The notes beneath the pieces are model-generated. The model made no database searches. It saw only the letters and a program-made list of their open reading frames with translations, and had not been told where the DNA came from. A stretch of 64,000 nt of DNA from Oculina patagonica (taxonomy: Eukaryota). The position numbers were made by a program, and so were the translations under genes. The stretch lies in the NCBI RefSeq assembly GCF_052425735.1, contig NC_135761.1, positions 34,038,001 through 34,102,000 on the forward strand, given 5' to 3'. Shown here one piece after another: positions 37,226-47,260 of the stretch; positions within the stretch are counted from its first letter, which is position 1; every line of letters begins with the position of its first letter.

Positions 37226-37618
37226 CGTAGAACCACTTCCTTGTTGATTTGAAAACGGCGCGAAAGTCTCTTGGCCGCCGTGGCATGTTGCGAGCTTTAG
37301 GAATTTATGGAATTTGTCAACGAAAGTGGGCGGGGCAGCAAAGCGAAAATTCAGTCCCATTCCATACATCGTGGCGTGCGTAGTAGTACCCTTTGAAAAC
37401 ACCTACCTTGACTTTCTCTGGTCTTTCTGCCATGGCTTTTGTTTTTTTGGGGGGGTTGTTTGCCGTATTTTTTCATGTGTTTATAAAAACATGGCGAAGT
37501 TGAAATTTTTTGCTCCACAGAAAAAGAAAAAGTTTTGTCATCCACTTTCAAATTTCTGGGCACCTTGCACGGTCCAATCACATGGGACCACAAGATGCAT
37601 GAAATACACTTTAGGTTT

Positions 37619-40600
37619 TGTAATAAACCAAGGACATGAATATTGTAGATCTACATGCTTTAATAATCACGAAGAAGAATGAATTGAAAATGTACATTGC
37701 ACAACAGGGATATCCGATTACCGATAACATGAATCGCACGTGACTAGATTATAACATTCCTCCCCCTTAAGACTTTTGCTATTTCCATTTAAAAAAGTAC
37801 ACAAAAACGCTGAACTGAAGTATAACAAAAACAATCATTAATGATTTTCACGTAATGTATGTCACGCAATAACTCTCGTTGATTGCTAATCAATGTTCAT
37901 GAGCAATGTCTCAGAAATTTTTAAAGTTCATAGTCCTTGAAACGTTCCGGTAAACGTCGGTTGCGGACTGGGCGTGATGGTTCAGCCTCTTGTGTGTCAG
38001 ACGAACTCGCGGCGACCGGCTTGGGAGGACTACTCGGTTGGGTTGTGTCTGCCGTGTAATCTGCCTCGGGCACCACTCCTGGTACCAAGATCTCAGGATT
38101 TGTCATTGTTGGGTCTTGATTGTGGTTTTTCCGCAAATGGTCCTGATGTCGTCGAACAACTCGACCATCCGGTAATTCTACTAGGGCTGAGACTGGGCCA
38201 GTTGCCTGCACCACAGTTCCTTTCTGCCAGGACTTGGGGGAACTGAAGTCCTTTATGAACACAGGATCACTGGCTTCAAAATTCCTGTGTTTGGCATGGT
38301 GGTCGTGGGTCTGTTTTTGATGTTCTTGCTTCTGTCTCACCAGACTTGCAGTGTTGGGAACTATGAGGTCGAGCTTAGTTCTCAGCTTTTTCTTCATCAG
38401 CAGCTCCGCTGGTGAAACCCCTGTTGTCGTGTGTGGCGTTGTTCTGTACTTTAGCAGAAAACGTGACAACTTGTCTTGCATGGTTCCCTCTTCCATCTTC
38501 TCTATCCCTTCTTTGAAGGCTCTCACTGCTCGCTCTGCCTGGCCATTCGAAGCTGGATGGTATGGTGCTACTTTGGTGTGTTTGATGCCGTTTTTTGAGA
38601 GGAAATTCTCAAACTCTGCACTTGTGAAATTGGGCCCATTGTCGCTGACGATGGTTTCTGGGAGACCATGGGTCGCGAAAATTTCCCTTAACTTCACAAT
38701 GGTGGCGGCTGATGTTGTACTTCGCATTATCTGGACATCCATCCATTTGGAATGTGCATCGATCACCACTAAATACATGTTGCCTTTGTATGGCCCTGCA
38801 TAATCAATGTGCACTCTTGACCAGGGTTGACCGGGCCACTCCCATGGGTGGAGAGGTGCTTCTGCTGGGGCCTTCTGGTGTAGCTGGCATTGCTGACACT
38901 TTTTCACGGCATCTTCTAGTTCACGATCCATATTTGGCCACCACACATAACCACGTGCAAGGGCTTTCATTCTTGATATGCCCGGATGGGCTTCGTGAAG
39001 CTCGGCTATGACTTGCTGTCGTCCTTGAGGTGGAACTATCACCCTGTTCCCCCATAGAACGCATCCACCTTCTATGGTTAACTCCGCTTTCCGGCTTAAA
39101 TATGGGTGTAGCTGTACATCCTGGCAGTGGTTTGGCCATCCATTAAGTGTAAACTGGTGCACTTTTGAGAGAACAGGATCGCGCCTTGTCCATTCTTGGA
39201 TATGTCGTGAGTTGACTGGGGTGTGGTCCAGATGTTCTAACAGCAAAACTGTCTCTCCAGGTACAGGAACTGACTCTGGCATCTTGGACAAGGGAAGTCG
39301 ACTTAATGCATCCGCATTGGCGTTTGTGTTCCCTGCTTTATAGGCAATCTTGTACTCGTATGCTGCCAAGGTAAGGGCCCACCGCTGAACTCTCGGAGAG
39401 GCTTGTTGAGGTACTCCTTTCTTCTCGTTAAAGAGCCCTTCCAGCGGCTTGTGATCAGTCTGTATGGTGAACTTCTGACCGTACAAGAACTGATTAAACT
39501 TCTTCACTCCGAAGATAATGGCCAAAGCCTCTTTTTCAATAGTGGAATAACCACGCTCAGCTGTGTTCAACGATCTTGAGACATAACCAATTGGGCGCTC
39601 TGTTCCATCTGCCATCCGGTGGGAAAGTACCGCCCCTACTCCATAATCGGAGGCATCACTCGCCAACATCAGTTCCAGATCTGGCTGGAAATGCACCAGG
39701 AGGTTTGCAGACTGAAGAAGTTTCTTGGATTTGTCGAAGGCCACCTGCTGCTCGGTCTTCCAAGACCACTTTGTACCTTGTCTAAGGAGCTTGTGCAGTG
39801 GTTCAAGTACTGTGGCGATGTCTGGTAGGAAACGATGATAATAATTCAGCATTCCCAGAAATGCTCGCAGCTGTGTAACATTCTCAGGCACTGGGGCATT
39901 CTGTATGGCTTCCACCTTAGCTTCTACTGGCTTGATACCACGACCATTGATCACATAACCACAATAGGTGACTTCCGGCACCATGAAGAAACACTTTTCT
40001 TTTCGCAACCGCAGCCCAGCTTCTGACAGCTTCTTAAGTACTGCTTCTAAATTGGCAATGTGATTGTTGTCGTCCTTCCCGCTGATGAGAATGTCGTCCA
40101 TTCGCACAATGACATGAGGAATGCCTTGCAAGAGGTTTTCCATTGTCCTCTGAAAGATACCAGGTGCAGAAGAGACTCCGAAAGGCAGTCTATTGTACTG
40201 AAATAGCCCTTTATGAGTGTTTATGGTGGTAAACTTTCGTGACTCCTCATCTAGCGTCATTTGCTGATATGCCTGCGACATGTCTAGCTTTGTAAATTTC
40301 TCACCACCTCCCAGAGTAGCCAGAAGATCTTCTGTCTTCGGTATTGGGTAATTGTCCAGTTTGGACACTTGATTGACTGTGAGTTTATAATCGCCACAGA
40401 TCCTTACAGTCCCGTTTGGCTTAGCGACTGGTACAATGGGTGCTGCCCATTCGGAAAATTCCACTGGCGATATAATCCCTTCACGCTCCAATCGTTCGAG
40501 TTCAAGTTCGACATTAGTTTTCAATGCGTACGGCACTGATCTTGCTTTGATATATTTGGGTTCGGCGTCTTGATCGACGTAGATCTTCGCCTTTACTCCT

Positions 40601-41994
40601 TTTAGCGTGCCCAATCCTTCCATGAATACATCGGGGTATTTCGAAAGCACGTTTTGAACTGCCGATGGGGGGCTTATCTCGCTTGCCACGTGAAAGATTG
40701 TGTTCCAATCTAAGCGGATTTTCTCCAACCAATCTCGACCAAGTAAATTTGGTCCGTCGCCTTTGACAATGATGGCGTTTAAATTCTTGTGCTGGCCTTC
40801 ATATTTCACTGGAACCATGACTGCTCCGAGTACTGGAATCTTTTCTCCTGTATAAGTAGTTAGGACTGCTTTTGATGTTTGAAGTGGACCCAATGCGTCA
40901 CGCAATCTTTCGTAAGTTGCTTCGTTTAGTATCGTCTTCGACGCACCCGTGTCAATTTCCATCGTGTTTTTCCGTCCACAAAGTTCTAGATCCACTTTGA
41001 ACGATTTCTTCCGATCGCTGGACAAATGATACATGGCATAGACATCATCTTGATCGGCGCTTTCTTCGACAAAGTGCGTTCTTTTACCATCTGGCCGGCG
41101 CCCACGTTTGGCCTGTTTTTGCGATTTCTTCTTTCCTTGACACACTTTAGCCATGTGGCCTTTCTTTTGGCACTTGTAGCACACTTCATTCTTAAACTTG
41201 CAGCTCGAGGGATCGTGGTTTCCACCGCAGCGATAGCACTCTTGTTTTGGCTGAAAATTCGGAGGTTTAGCTTCTTCGACCTTGTTGACATTGTTGTCGC
41301 TGCCGGGCGTCTTGCCGCCTAAATCCTTTACATTCCTGTTTGCCATTTCGGTCGCTGTAGCGATTTCCACCGCCTTTTCGAATGTGAGCTCCCGTTCGGC
41401 CAACAGTCGTCGTTGAATGCGATCATCGCTGATTCCACAGACGAGTCGATCCCGTAGCATGTCTTCGAGTGTTCTTCCAAACTGGCAATGCTCTGAAAGC
41501 CTTCTGAGTCCTGCGACGAACTCTGCAACATTTTCCCCTTCGAGGCGACTCCTGCTATGGAATTTAAATCGCTCGACGATCACACTTGGCTTCGGCGAGA
41601 AGTGGTTTTCCAGCTTTTCCAAGATCTCTTTTAAATCCACCTCGCCCGGTTTCTCGGGTTGTAACAAATCGCGAATTAACCCGTACGTTTTGCTTCCACA
41701 AACGCTTAGCAGGATAGCTCTTTGTTTCTTCTCGTCTTTAATTTCGTTTGCGGCGAAGTACTGCTCGAGCCTTTCCGCGTATTGAGTCCACGATTCCTCT
41801 GACTCCTTAAATTCACCTACGTTCCCGAAGGTTGCCATGTTTTTCCTCGTCGCCAATGTAATAAACCAAGGACACGAATATTGTAGATCTACATGCTTTA
41901 ATAATCACGAAGAAGAATGAATTGAAAATGTACATTGCACAACAGGGATATCCGATTACCGATAACATGAATCGCACGTGACTAGATTATAACA
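37619..41994 (-). mobile_element. Full-length Ty3/Gypsy (Mag-like) LTR retrotransposon
   Basis: 138-bp LTRs at 37619-37756 and 41857-41994 with one mismatch; perfect 5-bp TSD GGTTT; PBS TGGCGACGAGGA (tRNA-Ser(GCU)-like); PPT AAGGGGGAGGAA. Confidence 0.98.
37921..41838 (-). CDS. Gag-Pol polyprotein, single intact ORF (~1305 aa from the ATG at 41838)
   Basis: Two Zn knuckles (CYRCGGNH...C, CYKCQKKGHMAKVC), protease IDTGAS, RT (LPFG...VRMDD), RNase H (DASDYG, EKEALA, TDHKPL), integrase HHCC and DDE (HIDYAGP, SDNGPNF, GQAER). Confidence 0.97.
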   Translation of the reverse strand: MATFGNVGEFKESEESWTQYAERLEQYFAANEIKDEKKQRAILLSVCGSKTYGLIRDLLQPEKPGEVDLKEILEKLENHFSPKPSVIVERFKFHSRSRLEGENVAEFVAGLRRLSEHCQFGRTLEDMLRDRLVCGISDDRIQRRLLAERELTFEKAVEIATATEMANRNVKDLGGKTPGSDNNVNKVEEAKPPNFQPKQECYRCGGNHDPSSCKFKNEVCYKCQKKGHMAKVCQGKKKSQKQAKRGRRPDGKRTHFVEESADQDDVYAMYHLSSDRKKSFKVDLELCGRKNTMEIDTGASKTILNEATYERLRDALGPLQTSKAVLTTYTGEKIPVLGAVMVPVKYEGQHKNLNAIIVKGDGPNLLGRDWLEKIRLDWNTIFHVASEISPPSAVQNVLSKYPDVFMEGLGTLKGVKAKIYVDQDAEPKYIKARSVPYALKTNVELELERLEREGIISPVEFSEWAAPIVPVAKPNGTVRICGDYKLTVNQVSKLDNYPIPKTEDLLATLGGGEKFTKLDMSQAYQQMTLDEESRKFTTINTHKGLFQYNRLPFGVSSAPGIFQRTMENLLQGIPHVIVRMDDILISGKDDNNHIANLEAVLKKLSEAGLRLRKEKCFFMVPEVTYCGYVINGRGIKPVEAKVEAIQNAPVPENVTQLRAFLGMLNYYHRFLPDIATVLEPLHKLLRQGTKWSWKTEQQVAFDKSKKLLQSANLLVHFQPDLELMLASDASDYGVGAVLSHRMADGTERPIGYVSRSLNTAERGYSTIEKEALAIIFGVKKFNQFLYGQKFTIQTDHKPLEGLFNEKKGVPQQASPRVQRWALTLAAYEYKIAYKAGNTNANADALSRLPLSKMPESVPVPGETVLLLEHLDHTPVNSRHIQEWTRRDPVLSKVHQFTLNGWPNHCQDVQLHPYLSRKAELTIEGGCVLWGNRVIVPPQGRQQVIAELHEAHPGISRMKALARGYVWWPNMDRELEDAVKKCQQCQLHQKAPAEAPLHPWEWPGQPWSRVHIDYAGPYKGNMYLVVIDAHSKWMDVQIMRSTTSAATIVKLREIFATHGLPETIVSDNGPNFTSAEFENFLSKNGIKHTKVAPYHPASNGQAERAVRAFKEGIEKMEEGTMQDKLSRFLLKYRTTPHTTTGVSPAELLMKKKLRTKLDLIVPNTASLVRQKQEHQKQTHDHHAKHRNFEASDPVFIKDFSSPKSWQKGTVVQATGPVSALVELPDGRVVRRHQDHLRKNHNQDPTMTNPEILVPGVVPEADYTADTTQPSSPPKPVAASSSDTQEAEPSRPVRNRRLPERFKDYEL

Positions 41995-43673
41995 GGTTTA
42001 GATTTGAATCGGGCCGCAGAGAAGAGCCCCATACCCATAGAAAATTAACAACCCCATGCTTTCTAATTTAATTTTAATTCTAATGTAAAAAAGACTGCGT
42101 TCTAATAGGGAACTTAAAGTATCACCTACGTCACTAAAATAAGAATACATACATAAAAATTAAAAAATGACAAACAGGGAGGGGGGAGGGTGGTTAACCC
42201 CATGCTTTTGGTTTTTCACGGTCATCATGACTGGCGACAACGACGCCCCAACATGGCGGCCATGCTTCAGAAGTCCATTGAAGGTTATGGTTGCCGTCAG
42301 CTTATGCTAAGCAATCTTTTGTCCACAATAGTGCAATTAATTTTATAAAAGGCACTGAAACCACAAGTAGTCGGAAAGGGAAACAAAAATGAATGTTCTA
42401 CCTGGCACTAGTGAAGGGGGGGGACAGGGGCCGGTGCCAGGGGAAAAGGGGAAGGAAGTGGGAGAAAAGGCGGGAAGCGGGTCTCCTAAGGTGCAGGGAA
42501 CCTGTAGAAAATAAAAATTTCGCAGCATTTCGTTATATTTCCCAATAGATATAAGACAGAAAAAGGCGGGACGCGGAAGTTAAGGATACAACAGAGACCC
42601 CCTGTACCCCTCCACACAAATTACTTACCATGAGGTTGAAAAGGCCCTGGTGGTCATGTCCTTATGTCCATTAAATTAGGCCCAGGTGGCCTCGTCCTTA
42701 TGTTCATTTAACTTGGCGCAGATGGCCTCGTCGTAGTTTTATGTGTCCATTAAACTAGGCATATTAGTTCTGCCGTTTCTATTCATCAAAGGTCTCATGA
42801 TACCCCGTCCACTGGTGCAAGATACTGGTGTTGTCTGAATGGTCATTAGCGGTTGAATACCATTGTTTGCAGGCCGTCTTCTCTCCCTACTATTAAGTCC
42901 TCTGGCATAAACATCGCAAGAAGAATGCATTGGAAACGACAGCCTGCTGTGCCACGCAGTGCGTGGTCGAAACCTTTTCTTGAAGAACTAAGAGGCTTTA
43001 AGTTTTACTACTTTTTGGTCTAGTAAAACTTTCTGTGTTTGTTGGTCGGACTCTGCACAATGACTTTGCACTGTTAGACAAAAATGACAAAAGTGTTACC
43101 ATCGCCTGTAGCCAGAGTCATAAATATCTGGCCCATACTGCCATACTAAGAACCAATCATTGTAGGATTCATTACTGTGGCCAAAAAATTAAATGGTTAT
43201 ATTGATGGTAATATTATTGTACCATACTAAGCTAAAGTAGTTAACAAAAAAAGGTCTTACTTTTAAAAGAAGTATTGTATTTGAACGCTGCATCAATAAT
43301 CTGTAGCAATACCAAATCGATGGTAAAGGTGTCATTTCCGTAATTTAAATGGCACTAAACAGAAAAAAAGAGTTTAAAAACTCTATAATGATAAACTTAA
43401 GTACACGTTTAACTCTAAACTATCTTTCTCTTCCGATATGTGGTATTTCCTGAGTTTCTGTTCCTGTGTTTCAAGGCTGGTGACAACTGAACATTGTTAA
43501 ATCAACAATGTACATTTAAAATGCAGTGAATTACGGGTAGTTTGCTATATACTTGTGTTTGTGATCATTTAAAATTCTTGAATGATGAAATGACACATCA
43601 AATTCATGCTAGACTGGCTGTCAGAAGTTGTCTCTCTTTTCTCTCATTTTCTCTTTCTTAAAGAAGTTTAAGA

Positions 43674-43732
43674 AACTTCGTTGCTGCCCTATGTGCCACA
43701 AAGGCATGTTGGGCAGTAAGTAAGTAAGTAAG
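43674..43732 (+). mobile_element. Tiny 5'-truncated RTE-like LINE tail
   Basis: GTTGCTGCCCTATGTGCCAC...(AGTA)n, flanked by a ~12-bp TSD AG(A/G)AGTTTAAGA. Confidence 0.65.
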
Positions 43733-44659
43733 AGGAGTTTAAGATGAATAAAATACATTTTGGGTTAGATATGAATGCACGCAACATATAATAAGTCCTT
43801 TTCAAAACACTCACTTTGTGTTTTTCTTTTGTTTTTCAACCACGTGGTGAAGGAAAATTTTTTGTTGCTCCACAGAAAAGAAAAACCTTACGCCATCCAA
43901 TTTTAAATTTTGGTGCACCTTGCACAGTCCATTCTATTGGGACAAATTGGGTGTTCAAATAAGATGCAAATATGATTACATTAATTCTTAAGAGCTCACC
44001 TCTACTTCTGCTTCTACTTGATCTTGGTGCAAAAAAGTGAAAGCTTGCATCTAAAACACAAACATATGATATCTTATACCGCCTTTGAGAAAGTGACCTT
44101 TTTACTTGTATTCAGTTACAAAAATTAATAGACAGTAAATGTTTGGGTATTATGAGGAGGTACAAAGTGTAAGCTTGCAATTCATAACAAAGATTTTTTA
44201 AAAAATATACGTTTCGCCTTGGTCTTCTTAAAAGCCCCAGAAAAACTATTCTTTAACACAACTTTAACTGCCATATATGTCAGACTATGCTGATGAAAAG
44301 GCATGAACCAGGGCTAAATGACACAAAAGCACGGTAGCCTGTAGGGTACTCCTTACTTTCTTACGCAGTGGTTTATTTTCAATTCACAGTTCTCCACACA
44401 GTACGGTTCTTGGTATTTTTCTAAAAGATATTCCACTTATACACATGTAACTCCTAATGATCACTGCATTTGTCATGATTATTAAAAACTTCTAGTCACA
44501 ATGACATGGTGGCAAGTTGCAAACTTGCCATATTTTTATCACGGGTGTTCAATTAATTACAACATATGAAAATCTGCAAAGCAAAGCTCTAACAAAGCTA
44601 TGCTGCATTACACGCATTCAAAAGTACCTTCCATGGCTTGACCTTTTTACTTGTTGTAC

Positions 44660-45560
44660 AAGGCCATACCCTCATCAAAGGAAAGATTCTTAGTGGGCTT
44701 AAAATTATTTTGGCATTTATTCAAATAAAGTTAAAAATCGGCCTTGTCTTGTGAAGGCGATCTAAACCTGGAGTTCCCTGAGCAGGTTCCCTCTAGGATC
44801 ATTAAAGTGCAACTAACAACTCATTTAATAATAACTTTTCTAAGGCATAACCTTTTTAATTCCCTGATAACCACAAACCTCATCAGAGGACCAGTATAAA
44901 GCTAAATTAAGGAGTTCATTTATACCCATGATAATGTGAATTCCTTGATCTCTGCATGCATAACAGGAATGAAATTAGTGAGGCGCTTGGATAAATTTGA
45001 AAGCTTTTGTCAAGCGTATCGGTTGGTTTCCTCAACAATAAAATCCCATAAATTATCATCTTTAAATGCTACAAAGTAATGTAAACGATTAGGATTAGCA
45101 GGTAAGTTAAAAGTTAAGCCGGTCGGTGCTGTGAAGGCTGGAACTTGGAAGTCGCTGAGATGGTCAGTCCATTGAGCTTCTTCTTCTTTGTCGGCCATGT
45201 TGAATCCAGGTGTTGGGCCGCTATTGTCTTCCTGACCGTCTCTATGTACATCACCATCACCATCATTATTACAACCTCTACACTCAAACCCATTAAAGCT
45301 TTCTTCATCTCCCGAACCCGCGAAAATCGCCGGAATATCGTGTTCGCCTTCCGCATTCTCTGCCACTGTCTCATCATGTGCTCAAAACTGTTTTCCAAAA
45401 ATCCCCGTCACTTGTCAGCTGTCAAACAAGCGCAAAAGACAGCAAATGATTGGTTTATTTCCCATGTTTGTTTTATTGTCAACAAAACACAAAAATCCCC
45501 TCAGGGAGACTGGGGAAAGGGTTTTTTTTTTCGGGCGGCACAGGCATTTTGAGGGTGGTT
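44660..45560 (-). pseudogene. piggyBac (PGBD4-like) transposase remnant, copy 1
   Basis: Acidic N-terminus, LWDFIVEETNRYA, IMGINEL..LALYWSSD, LHFND; stops and frameshifts. Confidence 0.85.
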
Positions 45561-46754
45561 TTTTGCACGGGCGGCTATGAGTGGCAGAGGCGCCGTTAAC
45601 TATCTTTTTATGCAGACTAATTTTCTTTAAACATGTTTTGAGTGTCTGAGGTGAAAAAAAGTTTGTTATTTTTTGTTCAAAGGTTTATAGAATAGAATAA
45701 AACTTTCTTTAATGTGCCACTCCACTTAACTAAAGAAGCTTCTTTGCAGGAAGCCCACAAAAACTTAAACAAATAAATGACAAAACAAAAGGGAAAGTAA
45801 AACTTAGCTATTAATCTAAAATTTTGATTATTTATATATTAGTAGATGTGTAAGAATAATTAAATATTACAACACTAATTAAATGAGGGGAAAGTGTCTA
45901 AGATCCGACAAGCATTAAAGGTATACGAACTTTTAATTACCTTACCTACAACAAATCAATATAATAATAATATAATAATACTTTAATAATACTTTATTTA
46001 TATAGTGCTATTTCTATTTCTAACCAATAGCGCTTTACAAGTTTTTTACAATTAAAAATTACATATCTATATAAAAAAATTACAATTTGTATATAATAAA
46101 AAAATAAAAGATCAACAATGACAATTTGTCAAGGGAAGGATAAGAGCCAGACGCGAAACAACCTCGTTTGGTCGTTTTTATTTGCAGGCTTGCAGCAGTT
46201 TCTTGTACAGAGGCCGTGTGCACCTTGTTTAAACATTTTCACGTGAGGGCATGCACATAGCCTTAATTGAATTCAATTATGCATAAGAGTAGAGTAGAAC
46301 AGCTATCGAAGTAAAGTAAAAAGTAGAAGTTCTAAAAAATATTTAAAATTAATAAATGGTAAATTGAAACAGCTGATATATAGTTGTGTGACATGATAAG
46401 AAACACAAAAGTATTTTGACAATGATTTTGTGATTTACAGATAGGGAAGTAGCCGCTGTAGTAACCCTCTGCATTGGGATCGTTAAAATGTTGCCATTGC
46501 GTGAAGGCCTGCTTTTTCTCGTCCAATCTTTTCTTGATTCCTTCATTGACACTTTGCTCAAACAGTGGAACGCGTCCAAAGCAATAGCTCATCCATTATT
46601 TCTGCTTTACATCTTCAAAAGACTTTTGTCTCGACACGTAATCTACGAAGGCTTAACGGTTACACATTTGTACGCGTGCCAGTGACTAATTTAAGTCCAA
46701 GTGAACACTTGTCTAGGCCTTTAATAATGTTAAACATGCATAAGGAAAACTCTT

Positions 46755-47260
46755 CATGTGTTTCATATGTTATTCTGAGCGCGTCTTCACGCATGTTTTC
46801 GATGGGATTATTGTCGGGACTGCAAGGAGGAATTGCAATTAGTTTTGCCCCGATTCCCCTCTAGGCGGCACATGCTTTTCCAGAATTTTGGCTGGGGTCA
46901 CCATCCTGAATGAAAACCTTGCATCGACCCTTCCTTGAATCACGAAATATTCTTGTGAATTCCCTTCCAACCTGAGGCCTGCAAAGATGATTAGATGAAA
47001 TATGTGGGTACATGTATTTGTGATGTGGTTTTGGGAGATGTGACAATGAATTCTGTGTTATATGATGGAATGATAATTGAGTACGATTGTGAGGCTGAAA
47101 CAGTTAATTGTAGCTGATAACACATTACTTACTATTTATAAGGTGGTGATGTGGACATCACAAATATGAGGTAAATTGAATTGGGTTTGGTTTGGTTTGG
47201 TGTTCTTGACGTTGCTTGATGGATGGGGTAAACATTGCTTATGATGTAGGGCTGATATCG
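46755..47260 (-). pseudogene. PLE-RT/Tc1 chimeric remnant (copy 2)
   Basis: PKPHHKYMYPHISSNH...KVFIQDGDPSQNSGKA; same junction as in 32345-32890. Confidence 0.75.

Larger units (their letters stand above)
33706..37386. mobile_element. Complete IS630/Tc1/mariner DD37E DNA transposon with two convergent genes
   Basis: Imperfect ~98-bp TIRs at 33706-33803 and 37290-37386, flanked by TA (33704-5, 37387-8). A paralogous empty site lies at ~43773-43810. Confidence 0.85.

Noticed and set aside
36146-37402. Bacterial IS630 contamination, or a true Pax gene; the 418-aa ORF start
   Set aside because: Context is eukaryotic with TA-flanked long TIRs, and the full DDE triad marks a transposase. The first 59 codons mostly overlap the TIR and flank.
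37974-41785. Many plus-strand and alternate-frame ORFs over the Gypsy element
   Set aside because: Shadow ORFs of the GC-richer gag-pol; no independent motifs.
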